A stretch of DNA of 34,817 nt, from NCBI GenBank assembly GCA_032128015.1, contig JAQBHE010000174.1, forward strand, positions 1-34,817, read 5' to 3'. Numbering within the stretch: position 1 is the stretch's first letter; each line of letters starts with the position of its first letter. Made by a program: the position numbers and the translations under genes. The DNA comes from Holophagae bacterium. GTDB lineage: Bacteria > Acidobacteriota > Thermoanaerobaculia > Multivoradales > Multivoraceae. Below the pieces are notes generated by a model, which ran no database searches, was not told the origin of the DNA, and saw only the letters and a program-made list of their open reading frames with translations. Positions 15,683 through 24,303 of the stretch are shown here, in pieces.

Positions 15683-16527
15683 GACGACGATCCGGATGTC
15701 CTCTCGAACAGCGCCAGGAAATGGTCGCCCCAGCGGTTGACCGGTGCTGTGCCTGCGAGGCGGACCTCGAGGCGCGCCGCCAGGCGGAAGACCCGCGGCC
15801 AGCGGTCAACCCAGTGGGACAGGTAGCTCGGGGGCACAAGCACGCCGAGAGCGACGGTTCGACGAAGCCGGAATCCCGGCATCAAGTCGCTGGCCAGTCG
15901 GCGAGGGTTCGGGTAGTCGACGCGAAACGCGGGCCCCCCCGCGATCTCGGCGGTGACGCTCGAAGCGAGACGCCGGAAGCCTCGACGCAGGTCTCCGCGG
16001 ATCGCGTGAGAGCAGATCTCCCACGGGCACCAGCGGCCCATGACCACCACGGCCAGGGGAGCGCCCGCCGGGAGCCGGGACGCGAGCGCGCGCGCCAACG
16101 CCGGACGATCCGACAGACAGTTGAAGACGCCGAAGTTGGACAGGGCGCCGGTGATGTGTCCAACGGCGTTGGGCACGACGTTGTCGAGCGCGGTCTCGGC
16201 CTTGTCCAGATCCATTGGCAGGCAGCGAACAGACTCCGAGTGGCCGGCGCGCGCGAGTTTGCTTCGGGCTTGCTCGACCATCGCGACCGAGCGATCGACA
16301 GCAGTGACCTCGAGGCCCTTGCCGGCCAACCACAGCGCGTCCTCGCCGGTCCCGCAACCAAGGTCCAGGATGTGGCCGGGACGACAGAAGACGGGATCGA
16401 GCAGAGAGTGAACTCGAGCCCGGAGCCACCGGCCGAGAGCGGTGTGGCTGAACCGTGTGTCGTAGTCGGTTGCGGCGCGGTCGAATGGAGCTTCGCGCTC
16501 GTCGCTCGCGCTTGGGCTTGCGATCAG
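15679..16527 (-). CDS. Class I SAM-dependent methyltransferase with an uncertain 5' end and no canonical start upstream of motif I.
   Basis: Motif I ILDLGCGTGEDALWLAGKG and the preceding FDRAATDYDTRF...GRWLR region lie upstream of the first canonical start codon (TTG 16329) but in the same open frame. The only plausible initiator after the upstream gene's stop is the CTG at 16527, overlapping that stop as CTGA. Confidence 0.7.
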   Translation of the reverse strand: MIASPSASDEREAPFDRAATDYDTRFSHTALGRWLRARVHSLLDPVFCRPGHILDLGCGTGEDALWLAGKGLEVTAVDRSVAMVEQARSKLARAGHSESVRCLPMDLDKAETALDNVVPNAVGHITGALSNFGVFNCLSDRPALARALASRLPAGAPLAVVVMGRWCPWEICSHAIRGDLRRGFRRLASSVTAEIAGGPAFRVDYPNPRRLASDLMPGFRLRRTVALGVLVPPSYLSHWVDRWPRVFRLAARLEVRLAGTAPVNRWGDHFLALFERTSGSSS

Positions 16528-16994
16528 GGGCAGGTTGAAAAGGCCCGGGTATCTTGGATTGGCTGGAAGGGCGTGTTCAGCGGGTTCTGGTAGCCGCGCG
16601 GGACTCCGGTCTCGGTGTCGATGACCGACATCTCCACGCGGACGTCCGTCAGACCGCCTGCGAACACCCAGAAGGCGTTGTTGATCGAGCAGGCGTTGAG
16701 CACTTTGATCACCATTTCGACGTTGTTCTTGTCAAAGAACCAGAAGTATCCGGTGTCCCCGGTCAGCGCGACCGCCTGTCCTTGGCCGGCCCCGCCCTGG
16801 GAGGACCACAGCGTGCGAACCTGGAACCGACCGTCGCTCAGGCACAGCGTCGTCTTGTCCGCGACGCACTTGTCGTAGCTTTGAGCGAACAGCTGCCAGT
16901 GGAATGGCGCTGAGTCGAGGGACAGAAACGGCAGCGCCACGCTGCCCGCGAGGCACAGCAGCAGGGCGACGATAGAGCGGTAGGCCAAGCGCAT
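16524..16994 (-). CDS. Small secreted protein carrying a conserved Cys-containing domain of unknown function.
   Basis: It has a signal peptide MRLAYRSIVALLLCLAGSVALPFLS (alternative GTG start at 17060). The domain reads LCLSDGRFQVRTLW...TGYFWFFDKNNVEMVIKVLNACSINNAFWVFAGGLTDVRV...FQPIQDTRAFSTCP and is paralogous to 2482..2688. Confidence 0.75.
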   Translation of the reverse strand: MRLAYRSIVALLLCLAGSVALPFLSLDSAPFHWQLFAQSYDKCVADKTTLCLSDGRFQVRTLWSSQGGAGQGQAVALTGDTGYFWFFDKNNVEMVIKVLNACSINNAFWVFAGGLTDVRVEMSVIDTETGVPRGYQNPLNTPFQPIQDTRAFSTCP

Positions 16995-17064
16995 GGGGAG
17001 AGCTTCTTGGAGTGATCGGCCTCGAGGGCTGCTGGCGAGCCGTTTTGAGAACGCTAGCACAAAG

Positions 17065-18561
17065 TCAAGGTCCCTGGTCCGCGGGCCCCTGCCCCGCGGG
17101 CCGCTCGATAGAGGCTCGCCGCACCACGCGAAACAGAGGGCCGTCGGCGACGACCTCGAGCGCGGGCGTTCCGAGCGTCGGCGCGTCCAGGTAAACCGGT
17201 CGCCGCTCGACCTCGACCTCGAGAAAAGGCCAGAGATTCTCGTCCGAGATCAAGAACCGGTTGATCGTCCGCACGTCGGCGCGCTGGTGCTCGACGAGCT
17301 GCAAGTACTCGACGACCGGGGCCGTTGCCCAGCCCGCGCACAGCAGGGCGTTCGGCTCCATGAACCGGAGCACTCTCTCGCCACGGTGGCGCGCGCTCCA
17401 GTCGTTGGACAGATCGACCCCGCCGCCGCGCAGCCCTGCCCACACGACTCCAGCGAGTACCAGCCCACGCACCAACGCGAGAGCTGAGCCGACCCAGCGC
17501 TCGTTCGATTCCTCACGGATCCAATCGAACAGCGTTTGGTAGCCAACGCCTAACCACACCGCCCAGATCAAGTAGCTGGGCAGGAACATCGTGCTCTTGT
17601 CGATGACCCGGTAGGAGGCGAAGAACGCGGTGTGCGCGCCGAACATCAGCAGTAGCGCCCCGCCGAAATCGGGGCGCCGTCGCGTCAGTACGAACGCGCC
17701 GAGGAGCCCGGGGCCGATGCCGATCGCCGCGAACGCACGCCACAGCTCGACCAGGAACCTTCCCAGCTGAACGAGCAGACCGCTGGCGTCGTACCCCCCA
17801 AAGTCGCTCGCGAAGCGCTGCCCCGAAGCCAGCCACCACATTCCGGATAGGGTCGAAAGATCGATCCGCTGGAAGCGACCCCCGGCGTTGTACTCGCCGA
17901 CGTAGTCGAACGCCGGCGCGGAGTGCTGGAGCAGGGTTAGATAGAAGTAGAGGGCCAGGCCGCCGACCACCGGCAGAAGCGCCAGCGCCAGATGGCGCCA
18001 ACGCCGCGAGCGCCGCTGTCGAGCGAGTACCCAGAGCACTCCGGGCGCCCACAACACCGTTGCCAGATGATGGGCCAAACCCAACCCCAGGCAAGTGCCG
18101 ACCAGGGTGAGGTGGCGTTCCCGTGGGTGCTCTAGCCAGTGGAGCAGGGACCACATGAAGGCGCACTGGATGAGTGTTTGGGGCGTGTAGACCTCGGCGA
18201 TCAGGGACAGTGCCCAGAAGAAGTGGGAGACCGCGAGCAGTCCGACGGCGCCCGCCCGCGCCCACGGACCGACGCCGAGCTTGGCGAGCAGGCGCTCGAG
18301 CACGACCAGGGTCAGAGCGCCACAGAGCGCGCTCAGCAGGTTCATTCGATAACCGACGTCGCCGATCGGCAGTCTCGACCAAAAGCGTCCGACCAGCAGG
18401 TAGAGCGGATAGCCGGTCGAACGCACCAAGCCGCCGGTGTACGACGCGGTGGTGAGCTCGGCGCTGTCGAGGTTGTAGACGGTCGGCGCCAGAGTGGTGA
18501 TGTAGAGCGCGAGGGACAGGGCGAGCACCAAGAGCGGCGCGGTCAGGGTCGTTGGCCTCAC
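17065..18561 (-). CDS. DUF2723 family membrane protein (GT-C fold, PMT/TMEM260-like glycosyltransferase).
   Basis: The N-terminal signature is LYITTLAPTVYNLDSAELTTASYTGGLVRSTGYPLYLLVGRFWSRLP...YRMNLLSAL. About 10 or more hydrophobic helices follow, then a soluble C-terminal ~120 aa. Confidence 0.8.
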   Translation of the reverse strand: MRPTTLTAPLLVLALSLALYITTLAPTVYNLDSAELTTASYTGGLVRSTGYPLYLLVGRFWSRLPIGDVGYRMNLLSALCGALTLVVLERLLAKLGVGPWARAGAVGLLAVSHFFWALSLIAEVYTPQTLIQCAFMWSLLHWLEHPRERHLTLVGTCLGLGLAHHLATVLWAPGVLWVLARQRRSRRWRHLALALLPVVGGLALYFYLTLLQHSAPAFDYVGEYNAGGRFQRIDLSTLSGMWWLASGQRFASDFGGYDASGLLVQLGRFLVELWRAFAAIGIGPGLLGAFVLTRRRPDFGGALLLMFGAHTAFFASYRVIDKSTMFLPSYLIWAVWLGVGYQTLFDWIREESNERWVGSALALVRGLVLAGVVWAGLRGGGVDLSNDWSARHRGERVLRFMEPNALLCAGWATAPVVEYLQLVEHQRADVRTINRFLISDENLWPFLEVEVERRPVYLDAPTLGTPALEVVADGPLFRVVRRASIERPAGQGPADQGP

Positions 18562-18571
18562 CGAGTTGGCC

Positions 18572-20374
18572 TCACGGGGTCCGCACCAGAGATCGGAACT
18601 CCTCAGCGGTCGGACCGGTGACGGGCGCGAAGCTGAGAAAGCGGAGGCCGGCTACCGTGGTGTCTGCGAACAGAGCCAGATCCCGGGTGCGCGCCGCCGC
18701 GATCCAAGGCTCGAGCTCCTCGAGGCTCGGCGCCCGGGTCACGACCCTGAATCTCTCGACGGCACCACCCCGGAGCCTCAACCAGTCGGCGAGCCGCGCC
18801 GGCTCCGCCACCGCGAACATCGGTTGCTCGACGAAGGTGGTGGCGAGCGAGCTTGGCAGCCAATAGAGGTCGGTGACGGTCAGGGCACCGCTCTTCGCCA
18901 ATTCTTCGCGGTACTGCAGGAGGTCACCCTTTGCCGAACGCAGCTCGCGCCAGCCGCGGAGCTCGAACAGCGCGCCGAGGGTGACGGCAGCGACCATGAG
19001 CCCGAGGAGCAGGTGGCGGTATCCCTGGCCGTCGCCGGACCCGAGCTCTTCGACGAAGAGCAGCGCGCCGACGATACCCAGTGGATAGAGCACCAGGAGG
19101 TAGCGGTTACCCCACTCCATCCCGCCGAAGAGGAGGGGCAGCGAGGCTACGGTGCCGAGCCCCAGCGTCGCCAGGGTCGTCGTGGCAAGCAGCCGTCGAT
19201 TCGCGACCGGGTCGCGAAGCCCCCGGAGCGCGTACGGCACGCTCAGTAGCATGAGAGGAACGGGGAGAAACAACGCGTGCACGACCCGAAAGCGGATCGG
19301 TGAGCTGACCGTCCAGGCGAGCGCGGCCAGGATCGGCAGAAGCCCGACCAGCGCCAGCCGTAGCCGCCAGCGACCGCGGCAGACCGCGGCGGCGGCAGCC
19401 AAGGCGATGCCGCCTGCCGCGGCCGCCGCGAGGGGCCGCGGCAGCGGCGGAGTGCCCGGCAGCGGGGCGCCGACGAAGATCGCGATCAGCCGTTCGTCGA
19501 TGCGTGACCAGAAGTGGCGAGAGCCGAACAGGTCGAGCATGGTGCCGGCCAGCATCCGTTCGGTCGCGGTCATCGAATCGATGAGGACGCCGAGCTCGGG
19601 CGAGCCGTGGCCGAGAGCCAGAACGAGTACGACGATGGCGAGGGCAAGCGCTAACCGACGACGGCGCCTGGGTGAAGGCGCAGGCCCCGCGGTGACCCAG
19701 GGCCGTCGCGCCCACGCCGTGGCGGCGATCAAGGCCGAACCGAAGAGCACCATCTCGTGACGCAACAGCACGGCGATCACCAGCAGGATTACGGCGAGTC
19801 CGTCGCGTCGCCGATCAGGCGGCCGCAGCACCAGCGCGAGGGCGCCAAGGCCGCTGGCCACGGCGGCGGTGTGCTCCCAGAACACCAGCCCGTAGAACAG
19901 CACCGGGCTGGCGAACGCGGTGATGATCGTCGCCGCCTGGCAGATCCCCTCCCTGGCCCCGACCCGACGGGCGATCGAGCCGGCGAGGGCGGCGGTCGCG
20001 AGCGCCGCGAGCCAAGGGATGACCGTCAGACCCCGTAGTCCCATCAGTTGGTAGAACGGTCGCGACAACAACGGGAATGCTGAGCTCCAGTTGAAGTCGA
20101 CACCACCTCCCGGTCGTGGTTGGGGGTAGGTCAAGCTGATTTCGTGGAATGGATGCTCGCGGGCGAGACGGCGGGGGTAGAAGTCGTACATCGGGTCGAG
20201 CAAGCGACCGGGATAGACGACTTCGGCCTCGAGCCCGTGGTTCCACGAGAAGGCGGTCATCTGGAGAAACTTGGAGCCCTCGTCGGGCGACCAGAAAACC
20301 TGCGGGGGCAACGACAACGAGAGTGCGAGATAGAGGCTCGCGATCAGCGCGAGGATGGCGGCGCGGCGGTGCAT
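18572..20374 (-). CDS. Large polytopic membrane protein, putative GT-C-type (ArnT/PMT-like) glycosyltransferase. Family not recognised.
   Basis: The 600-aa ORF is extremely hydrophobic with many helices. An acidic motif lies in the first extracytoplasmic segment (FWSPDEGSKF) and the C-terminal ~130 aa are soluble. It sits 10 nt upstream of the DUF2723 gene on the same strand. Confidence 0.55.
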   Translation of the reverse strand: MHRRAAILALIASLYLALSLSLPPQVFWSPDEGSKFLQMTAFSWNHGLEAEVVYPGRLLDPMYDFYPRRLAREHPFHEISLTYPQPRPGGGVDFNWSSAFPLLSRPFYQLMGLRGLTVIPWLAALATAALAGSIARRVGAREGICQAATIITAFASPVLFYGLVFWEHTAAVASGLGALALVLRPPDRRRDGLAVILLVIAVLLRHEMVLFGSALIAATAWARRPWVTAGPAPSPRRRRRLALALAIVVLVLALGHGSPELGVLIDSMTATERMLAGTMLDLFGSRHFWSRIDERLIAIFVGAPLPGTPPLPRPLAAAAAGGIALAAAAAVCRGRWRLRLALVGLLPILAALAWTVSSPIRFRVVHALFLPVPLMLLSVPYALRGLRDPVANRRLLATTTLATLGLGTVASLPLLFGGMEWGNRYLLVLYPLGIVGALLFVEELGSGDGQGYRHLLLGLMVAAVTLGALFELRGWRELRSAKGDLLQYREELAKSGALTVTDLYWLPSSLATTFVEQPMFAVAEPARLADWLRLRGGAVERFRVVTRAPSLEELEPWIAAARTRDLALFADTTVAGLRFLSFAPVTGPTAEEFRSLVRTP

Positions 20375-20388
20375 CAGCGTGGCCCGGC

Positions 20389-21399
20389 TCAGACCGCGGC
20401 GGATTCACGGCTCGGCCCGTCGGTCGGGAACTCGTCGATCGGGAACAGGGCGGCGAGCCGCCGGCAATAGGCCTCCTCGATCGTGCGCCGGTGACCGTGC
20501 TGGTGTCCCTTGCAGACTTCCGGGCCAAGCTCGACTTCGGCTGCCGGGCCGGTCGAGCTCGAGATCTCGAGGATCTTGCGCCGGCGGATGATCGATTCCA
20601 GGCGATCGCCGAGACCGCCGCCGAGCAGGCGCTCGAGAAGGGCCGATCCGCCCGCATCCGGGATGTTGGCGTCGTACCCTGGAGGCGGTCCCGCCGCGTT
20701 GGGTAACCAGGCTTCCAGCCACGAGTTCTCGTCGCGCAGGCGCGCATAGGTGGTCCCGCCGGCCACCGGCACCATTTGCGCCAGCTCACGCGCTTCGTAC
20801 AAGGAGCCCAGGTGCGAATCGGCGGCGAGCTGGAGCGCGAGCTCGCTGACCAGGTAGTTCGGGCACAGTTTGACTCCGCGCAGACGCGCCAATCGCACCA
20901 GCTGGACGACGAACAGTCGGGCGATCCAGACCCGTCCGTGGCGGCAGACGATCAGCAAGTCGATGTCGTCGCTGTCGGCGGCCTGGCCGAGCGCGAGCGC
21001 GCCGGTGACCGCCACCATCTTGACGAAGGGGACCCGGGAGATCGCGGTCGCATACCGCCGCGCCCTCGGCCATCGCGCGGCGGCCAGGCGGGCGCGCCGT
21101 CGCTGGATGGCGCCGACATCCCGGCGGTCTGCGAGACCGAAGCGGCCCCCGTGATCCGACACCCTGGCGTGCTCGACGAGGCGCGCGACGGCGACCGCCA
21201 CCGCTGTCTGCGGGGCACGGACCGCGTCGAGGAAGCGGTGGATCTCGGTGACCGAGAGCGGGTGGTCGAAGAGATCGGAATACGCGAGGGGTGCGCAGGA
21301 TCGCCCGGTCCAGCCGCTGTTCTGTGTCAGACTCGAAGTCGGGAATGCCTTGCTGGTGAGGCTGGTGACGGGCGAGCATCGCATCTCCGTCTGCCACAA
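20389..21399 (-). CDS. Nucleotidyltransferase-fold (Pol-beta superfamily-like) protein of unknown function.
   Basis: The segment VTGALALGQAADSDDIDLLIV fits the G[SA]...DxD minimal nucleotidyltransferase motif. The tracked start at 21399 is TTG, and an ATG at 21384 is an alternative. It ends 14 nt before the membrane protein gene. Confidence 0.6.
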   Translation of the reverse strand: MWQTEMRCSPVTSLTSKAFPTSSLTQNSGWTGRSCAPLAYSDLFDHPLSVTEIHRFLDAVRAPQTAVAVAVARLVEHARVSDHGGRFGLADRRDVGAIQRRRARLAAARWPRARRYATAISRVPFVKMVAVTGALALGQAADSDDIDLLIVCRHGRVWIARLFVVQLVRLARLRGVKLCPNYLVSELALQLAADSHLGSLYEARELAQMVPVAGGTTYARLRDENSWLEAWLPNAAGPPPGYDANIPDAGGSALLERLLGGGLGDRLESIIRRRKILEISSSTGPAAEVELGPEVCKGHQHGHRRTIEEAYCRRLAALFPIDEFPTDGPSRESAAV

Positions 21400-21484
21400 C
21401 GGTTTGACGAGGCGAGCGTGGTATTACCCATCATACTCTCGAGATCCCCTTGAGCCGGCGGCGGGGCTCCCCGGCGAGCAAGCG

Positions 21485-22747
21485 GTGACGATCGAGGGTA
21501 GTGTTCGCGCGGTTCCGCTGCGGATCGGCGTCGACTTGACCGCGCTGCTGCCGGAACCGACCGGAGTCGACCGCTACCTTCACTCTCTGGTCGATGCGCT
21601 TGCCGTGGTCGGAAGTGGCGAAAGGTTCGTCCTGTTCGTCAATCGCGAGGACCTCGAGACCTTTCGCAACCACCCGCTCGCAGACCGAGTGGTCTCGTGG
21701 TCGCGCCGGCCGCGGGCATCGAGGCTGTTTTTTCACCAGCTGCTGCTGCCGATGCTGGCGGTTTGGCACCGGCTCGATGTCCTCCATTCCCCCTCCTTTT
21801 TGCTGCCGCTGGCCGCGCGCAGGGTCGCCCAGGTGTTGACGGTCTACGACATGACCTCTTTCACCCACCCCGAGTGCCATATCCCACTGCGCCGAAGCGC
21901 GCCCTATCGCTTCGGCGTGCGCCGGAGCATTGCGCGGGCCGACCTCGTTACCGTGCCGTCAGGCAGCGCCAAGGAGGACCTTGTGCGCCTCTTTCCGGCG
22001 GTTTCCCCGGCCAAGATCCGGGTGGTGCGACCGGGGATCTCGGAGAGCTTCCGGCCCGTGGAGAACGGTGTGATCGTCGAGACCTTGGAGCGCCTCGGTC
22101 TGCCGCGAGGTTACTTGTTGTTCTTGGGCACGCTCGAACCGAGAAAGAATGTGAGCCGACTGCTCGAGGCCTACAAGTCGCTCGCGCGGACCGGAGATTT
22201 GCTCGAGGACCTGGTACTGGTCGGCCGGCACGGTTGGGGGTGCTCTGACCTGGTCGAAATGGTGCGCCGCTATGGCCTGGGCGATCGGGTTCATCTGACG
22301 GGCTACGTCGACTCGGCCGACCTTCCTGCGCTCCTCTCCGGAGCCCGCGCCCTGGTCTACCCATCGTTGCATGAGGGGTTCGGATTCCCGCCGCTCGAAG
22401 CGATGGCCTGCGCGACCCCGGTGGTCGCGAGCCGCAACAGCGCGATGATCGAGAATCTCGAGGGCGCGGCGCTGCTGGTCGACCCACTGGACGTCGAGGA
22501 ACTACGCGGGGCGATTCACCGCGTCCTGCGCGACCAGCGCCTCCGGGACGAGTTGGTCGTCGCCGGTCGGGAGCGCGCTCGGCGCTTCTGCTGGGGGGAG
22601 ACCGCGCGCCTGACCCTCGCCTGCTACCGCGAGGCGACCCTCACGTCCGACCGCGAGACCGCGTCCCCGTCCCGGTCTCCGCACCTTGGCTCGCCGGGCC
22701 GGAATCGGGGCTTGGCCCTGAATCCGCGCTCGCGGGAAAATCGATGA
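21485..22747 (+). CDS. Family 4 (GT-B fold) glycosyltransferase.
   Basis: The N-terminus is LRIGVDLTALLPEPTGVDRY, followed by YLLFLGTLEPRKN and the EX7E region PSLHEGFGFPPLEAMACATPVVAS. I chose the GTG at 21485 because the upstream part of the tracked ORF overlaps the divergent gene. The stop overlaps the next start (ATGA at 22744-22747). Confidence 0.85.
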   Translation: MTIEGSVRAVPLRIGVDLTALLPEPTGVDRYLHSLVDALAVVGSGERFVLFVNREDLETFRNHPLADRVVSWSRRPRASRLFFHQLLLPMLAVWHRLDVLHSPSFLLPLAARRVAQVLTVYDMTSFTHPECHIPLRRSAPYRFGVRRSIARADLVTVPSGSAKEDLVRLFPAVSPAKIRVVRPGISESFRPVENGVIVETLERLGLPRGYLLFLGTLEPRKNVSRLLEAYKSLARTGDLLEDLVLVGRHGWGCSDLVEMVRRYGLGDRVHLTGYVDSADLPALLSGARALVYPSLHEGFGFPPLEAMACATPVVASRNSAMIENLEGAALLVDPLDVEELRGAIHRVLRDQRLRDELVVAGRERARRFCWGETARLTLACYREATLTSDRETASPSRSPHLGSPGRNRGLALNPRSRENR

Positions 22748-24303
22748 GCACGCGGCGAACCGGCAAGGCCAAGGTTCTTCTGGGCCAGGCCTACTCGTTG
22801 CGTCTCGATCCCAAGCTGCGACAGGCGATGCAGCCGTATCCGCCGCTGGCGACGTTATACGCGGCCAGTGTGCTGCGTGCTCATGGCTGGGAAGTGGCGC
22901 TGTTCGACGCCACGCTCGCCGAGTCCTCGTTCGCGTGGAGCGAAGCGTTGGAGCGGAACCTGCCGGAGGTCGTCGTTCTCTACGAGGACAGCTTCAACTA
23001 TCTCTCCAAGATGTGTCTGTCACGGATCCGGGAAGAGGCGCTGTCGATGATCGCGGCAGCGCGGCGGACGGCAGGCGTGGTGATTGTCGCTTCCTCGGAC
23101 GCCAGCGACTGCCCCGACCTTTATCTCGAAGGGGGGGCCGATTACGTCCTCGTCGGCGAGGCCGAGGAGTCGCTGGTCGAGCTCCTCGCGAGACTCGAGG
23201 CGGGGAAACTGGGGGAGGGCGACACGATCGCCGGGGTCGTCGGCCGTCGCGGCCAGCCGGTGGTGCGCCGGCCGCCGATCTCCGACCTCGACTCCCTGCC
23301 ACTGCCGGCCTGGGACCTGGTCGATGTCGATCGCTACCGGCACGCCTGGAGGGCGCGACACGGCCTCTTCTCGCTCAACATGGTGACTACCCGAGGCTGC
23401 CCGTACCACTGCAACTGGTGCGCCAAACCGATCTGGGGTCAGCGCTACCACAGTCGTTCGCCGGAGAACGTCGTGCTCGAGATGCAGCGACTCGCGGAGC
23501 GTTACGCCCCGGACCATCTCTGGTTCATGGACGACATCTTCGGGCTGCGCCCCGGTTGGATTGGCGAGCTCGCCGATCGGCTGGAGAGTTGCGGCTTGCG
23601 ACTGCCGTTCAAGTGCTTGTCCCGCCCCGATCTGTTGCTACGCGCGGGCGAGGTCGATGCCTTGGCCCGGGCCGGCTGCGAGAACGTGTGGATGGGCGCG
23701 GAATCGGGGTCGCAGCGGATCCTCGACGCCATGGAGAAGGGCACCACGGTCGAACAGATCCGGCAGGCTTCGACGCGGCTCCGCGCGGCGGGAATCCAAG
23801 TCGGTCTGTTCTTGCAGTTCGGTTACCCCGGCGAGACCCGGGAGGACATCGAGCGGACCTTCTCGCTGGTCAGGGAGGTTTTGCCCAACGACATCGGGGT
23901 GTCGGTCTCCTACCCCCTTCCGGGAACCAAGTTCCACGAGCGGGTGCGCGAGGAGCTCCTAGAGAAGGACCACTGGGTGGACTCGGCAGACCTCGACATG
24001 ATGTATCAGGGTCCGTTCGTCTCCGATTTCTACCGGCAGTTGCACCGGGTTCTCCACCTCGAGTTTCGCGCGCGGCGGTCCGCCGCGACGTTGCTGGCGA
24101 GCTTGCGGAGCCCGCGCCGTCTGCGTCCAAGACACCTGGGCGCCGCGGCGCGCGCTGCGGTCAGCCTGTTGCGTTTGCCGGTCGAGCGACGAAGGCTCGA
24201 TCACCTCGGACTCGCGGCTCCGCGTCCTACCAGGATCCCCGGGCCGGAGCTCAGTGCCGCCGAGGCCAGCCGGCCGACGCCGCAACCGATAGAGCAGCGA
24301 TGA
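22744..24303 (+). CDS. B12-binding-domain radical SAM enzyme (class B), copy 1.
   Basis: The N-terminal Rossmann-like B12 domain reads YPPLATLYAASVLRAHGWEVALFD...VVLYEDSF...IVASSDASDCP. The CxxxCxxC motif RGCPYHCNWC has Cys codons at 23398, 23410 and 23419. It also has GCENVWMGAESGSQRILDAMEKG. Confidence 0.9.
   Translation: MSTRRTGKAKVLLGQAYSLRLDPKLRQAMQPYPPLATLYAASVLRAHGWEVALFDATLAESSFAWSEALERNLPEVVVLYEDSFNYLSKMCLSRIREEALSMIAAARRTAGVVIVASSDASDCPDLYLEGGADYVLVGEAEESLVELLARLEAGKLGEGDTIAGVVGRRGQPVVRRPPISDLDSLPLPAWDLVDVDRYRHAWRARHGLFSLNMVTTRGCPYHCNWCAKPIWGQRYHSRSPENVVLEMQRLAERYAPDHLWFMDDIFGLRPGWIGELADRLESCGLRLPFKCLSRPDLLLRAGEVDALARAGCENVWMGAESGSQRILDAMEKGTTVEQIRQASTRLRAAGIQVGLFLQFGYPGETREDIERTFSLVREVLPNDIGVSVSYPLPGTKFHERVREELLEKDHWVDSADLDMMYQGPFVSDFYRQLHRVLHLEFRARRSAATLLASLRSPRRLRPRHLGAAARAAVSLLRLPVERRRLDHLGLAAPRPTRIPGPELSAAEASRPTPQPIEQR

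Noticed and set aside
21400-21484. Promoter elements in the divergent control region of the cluster (TTGACG at 21404-21409 and the AT-rich ggtattacccatcatact).
   Set aside because: No -10 hexamer sits at a proper 16-18 nt spacing from the TTGACG, so I cannot support a specific promoter call. The region is too short for a cobalamin riboswitch, and I see none of its conserved B12-box features.
22935-24299. The upstream part of the 945-aa tracked ORF (22935..25772), which overlaps radical SAM copy 1 in another frame.
   Set aside because: Only the portion from the ATG at 24300 shows radical SAM/B12 motifs. The upstream portion is Arg/Gly/Pro-rich shadow sequence over a gene with strong motifs in the other frame.
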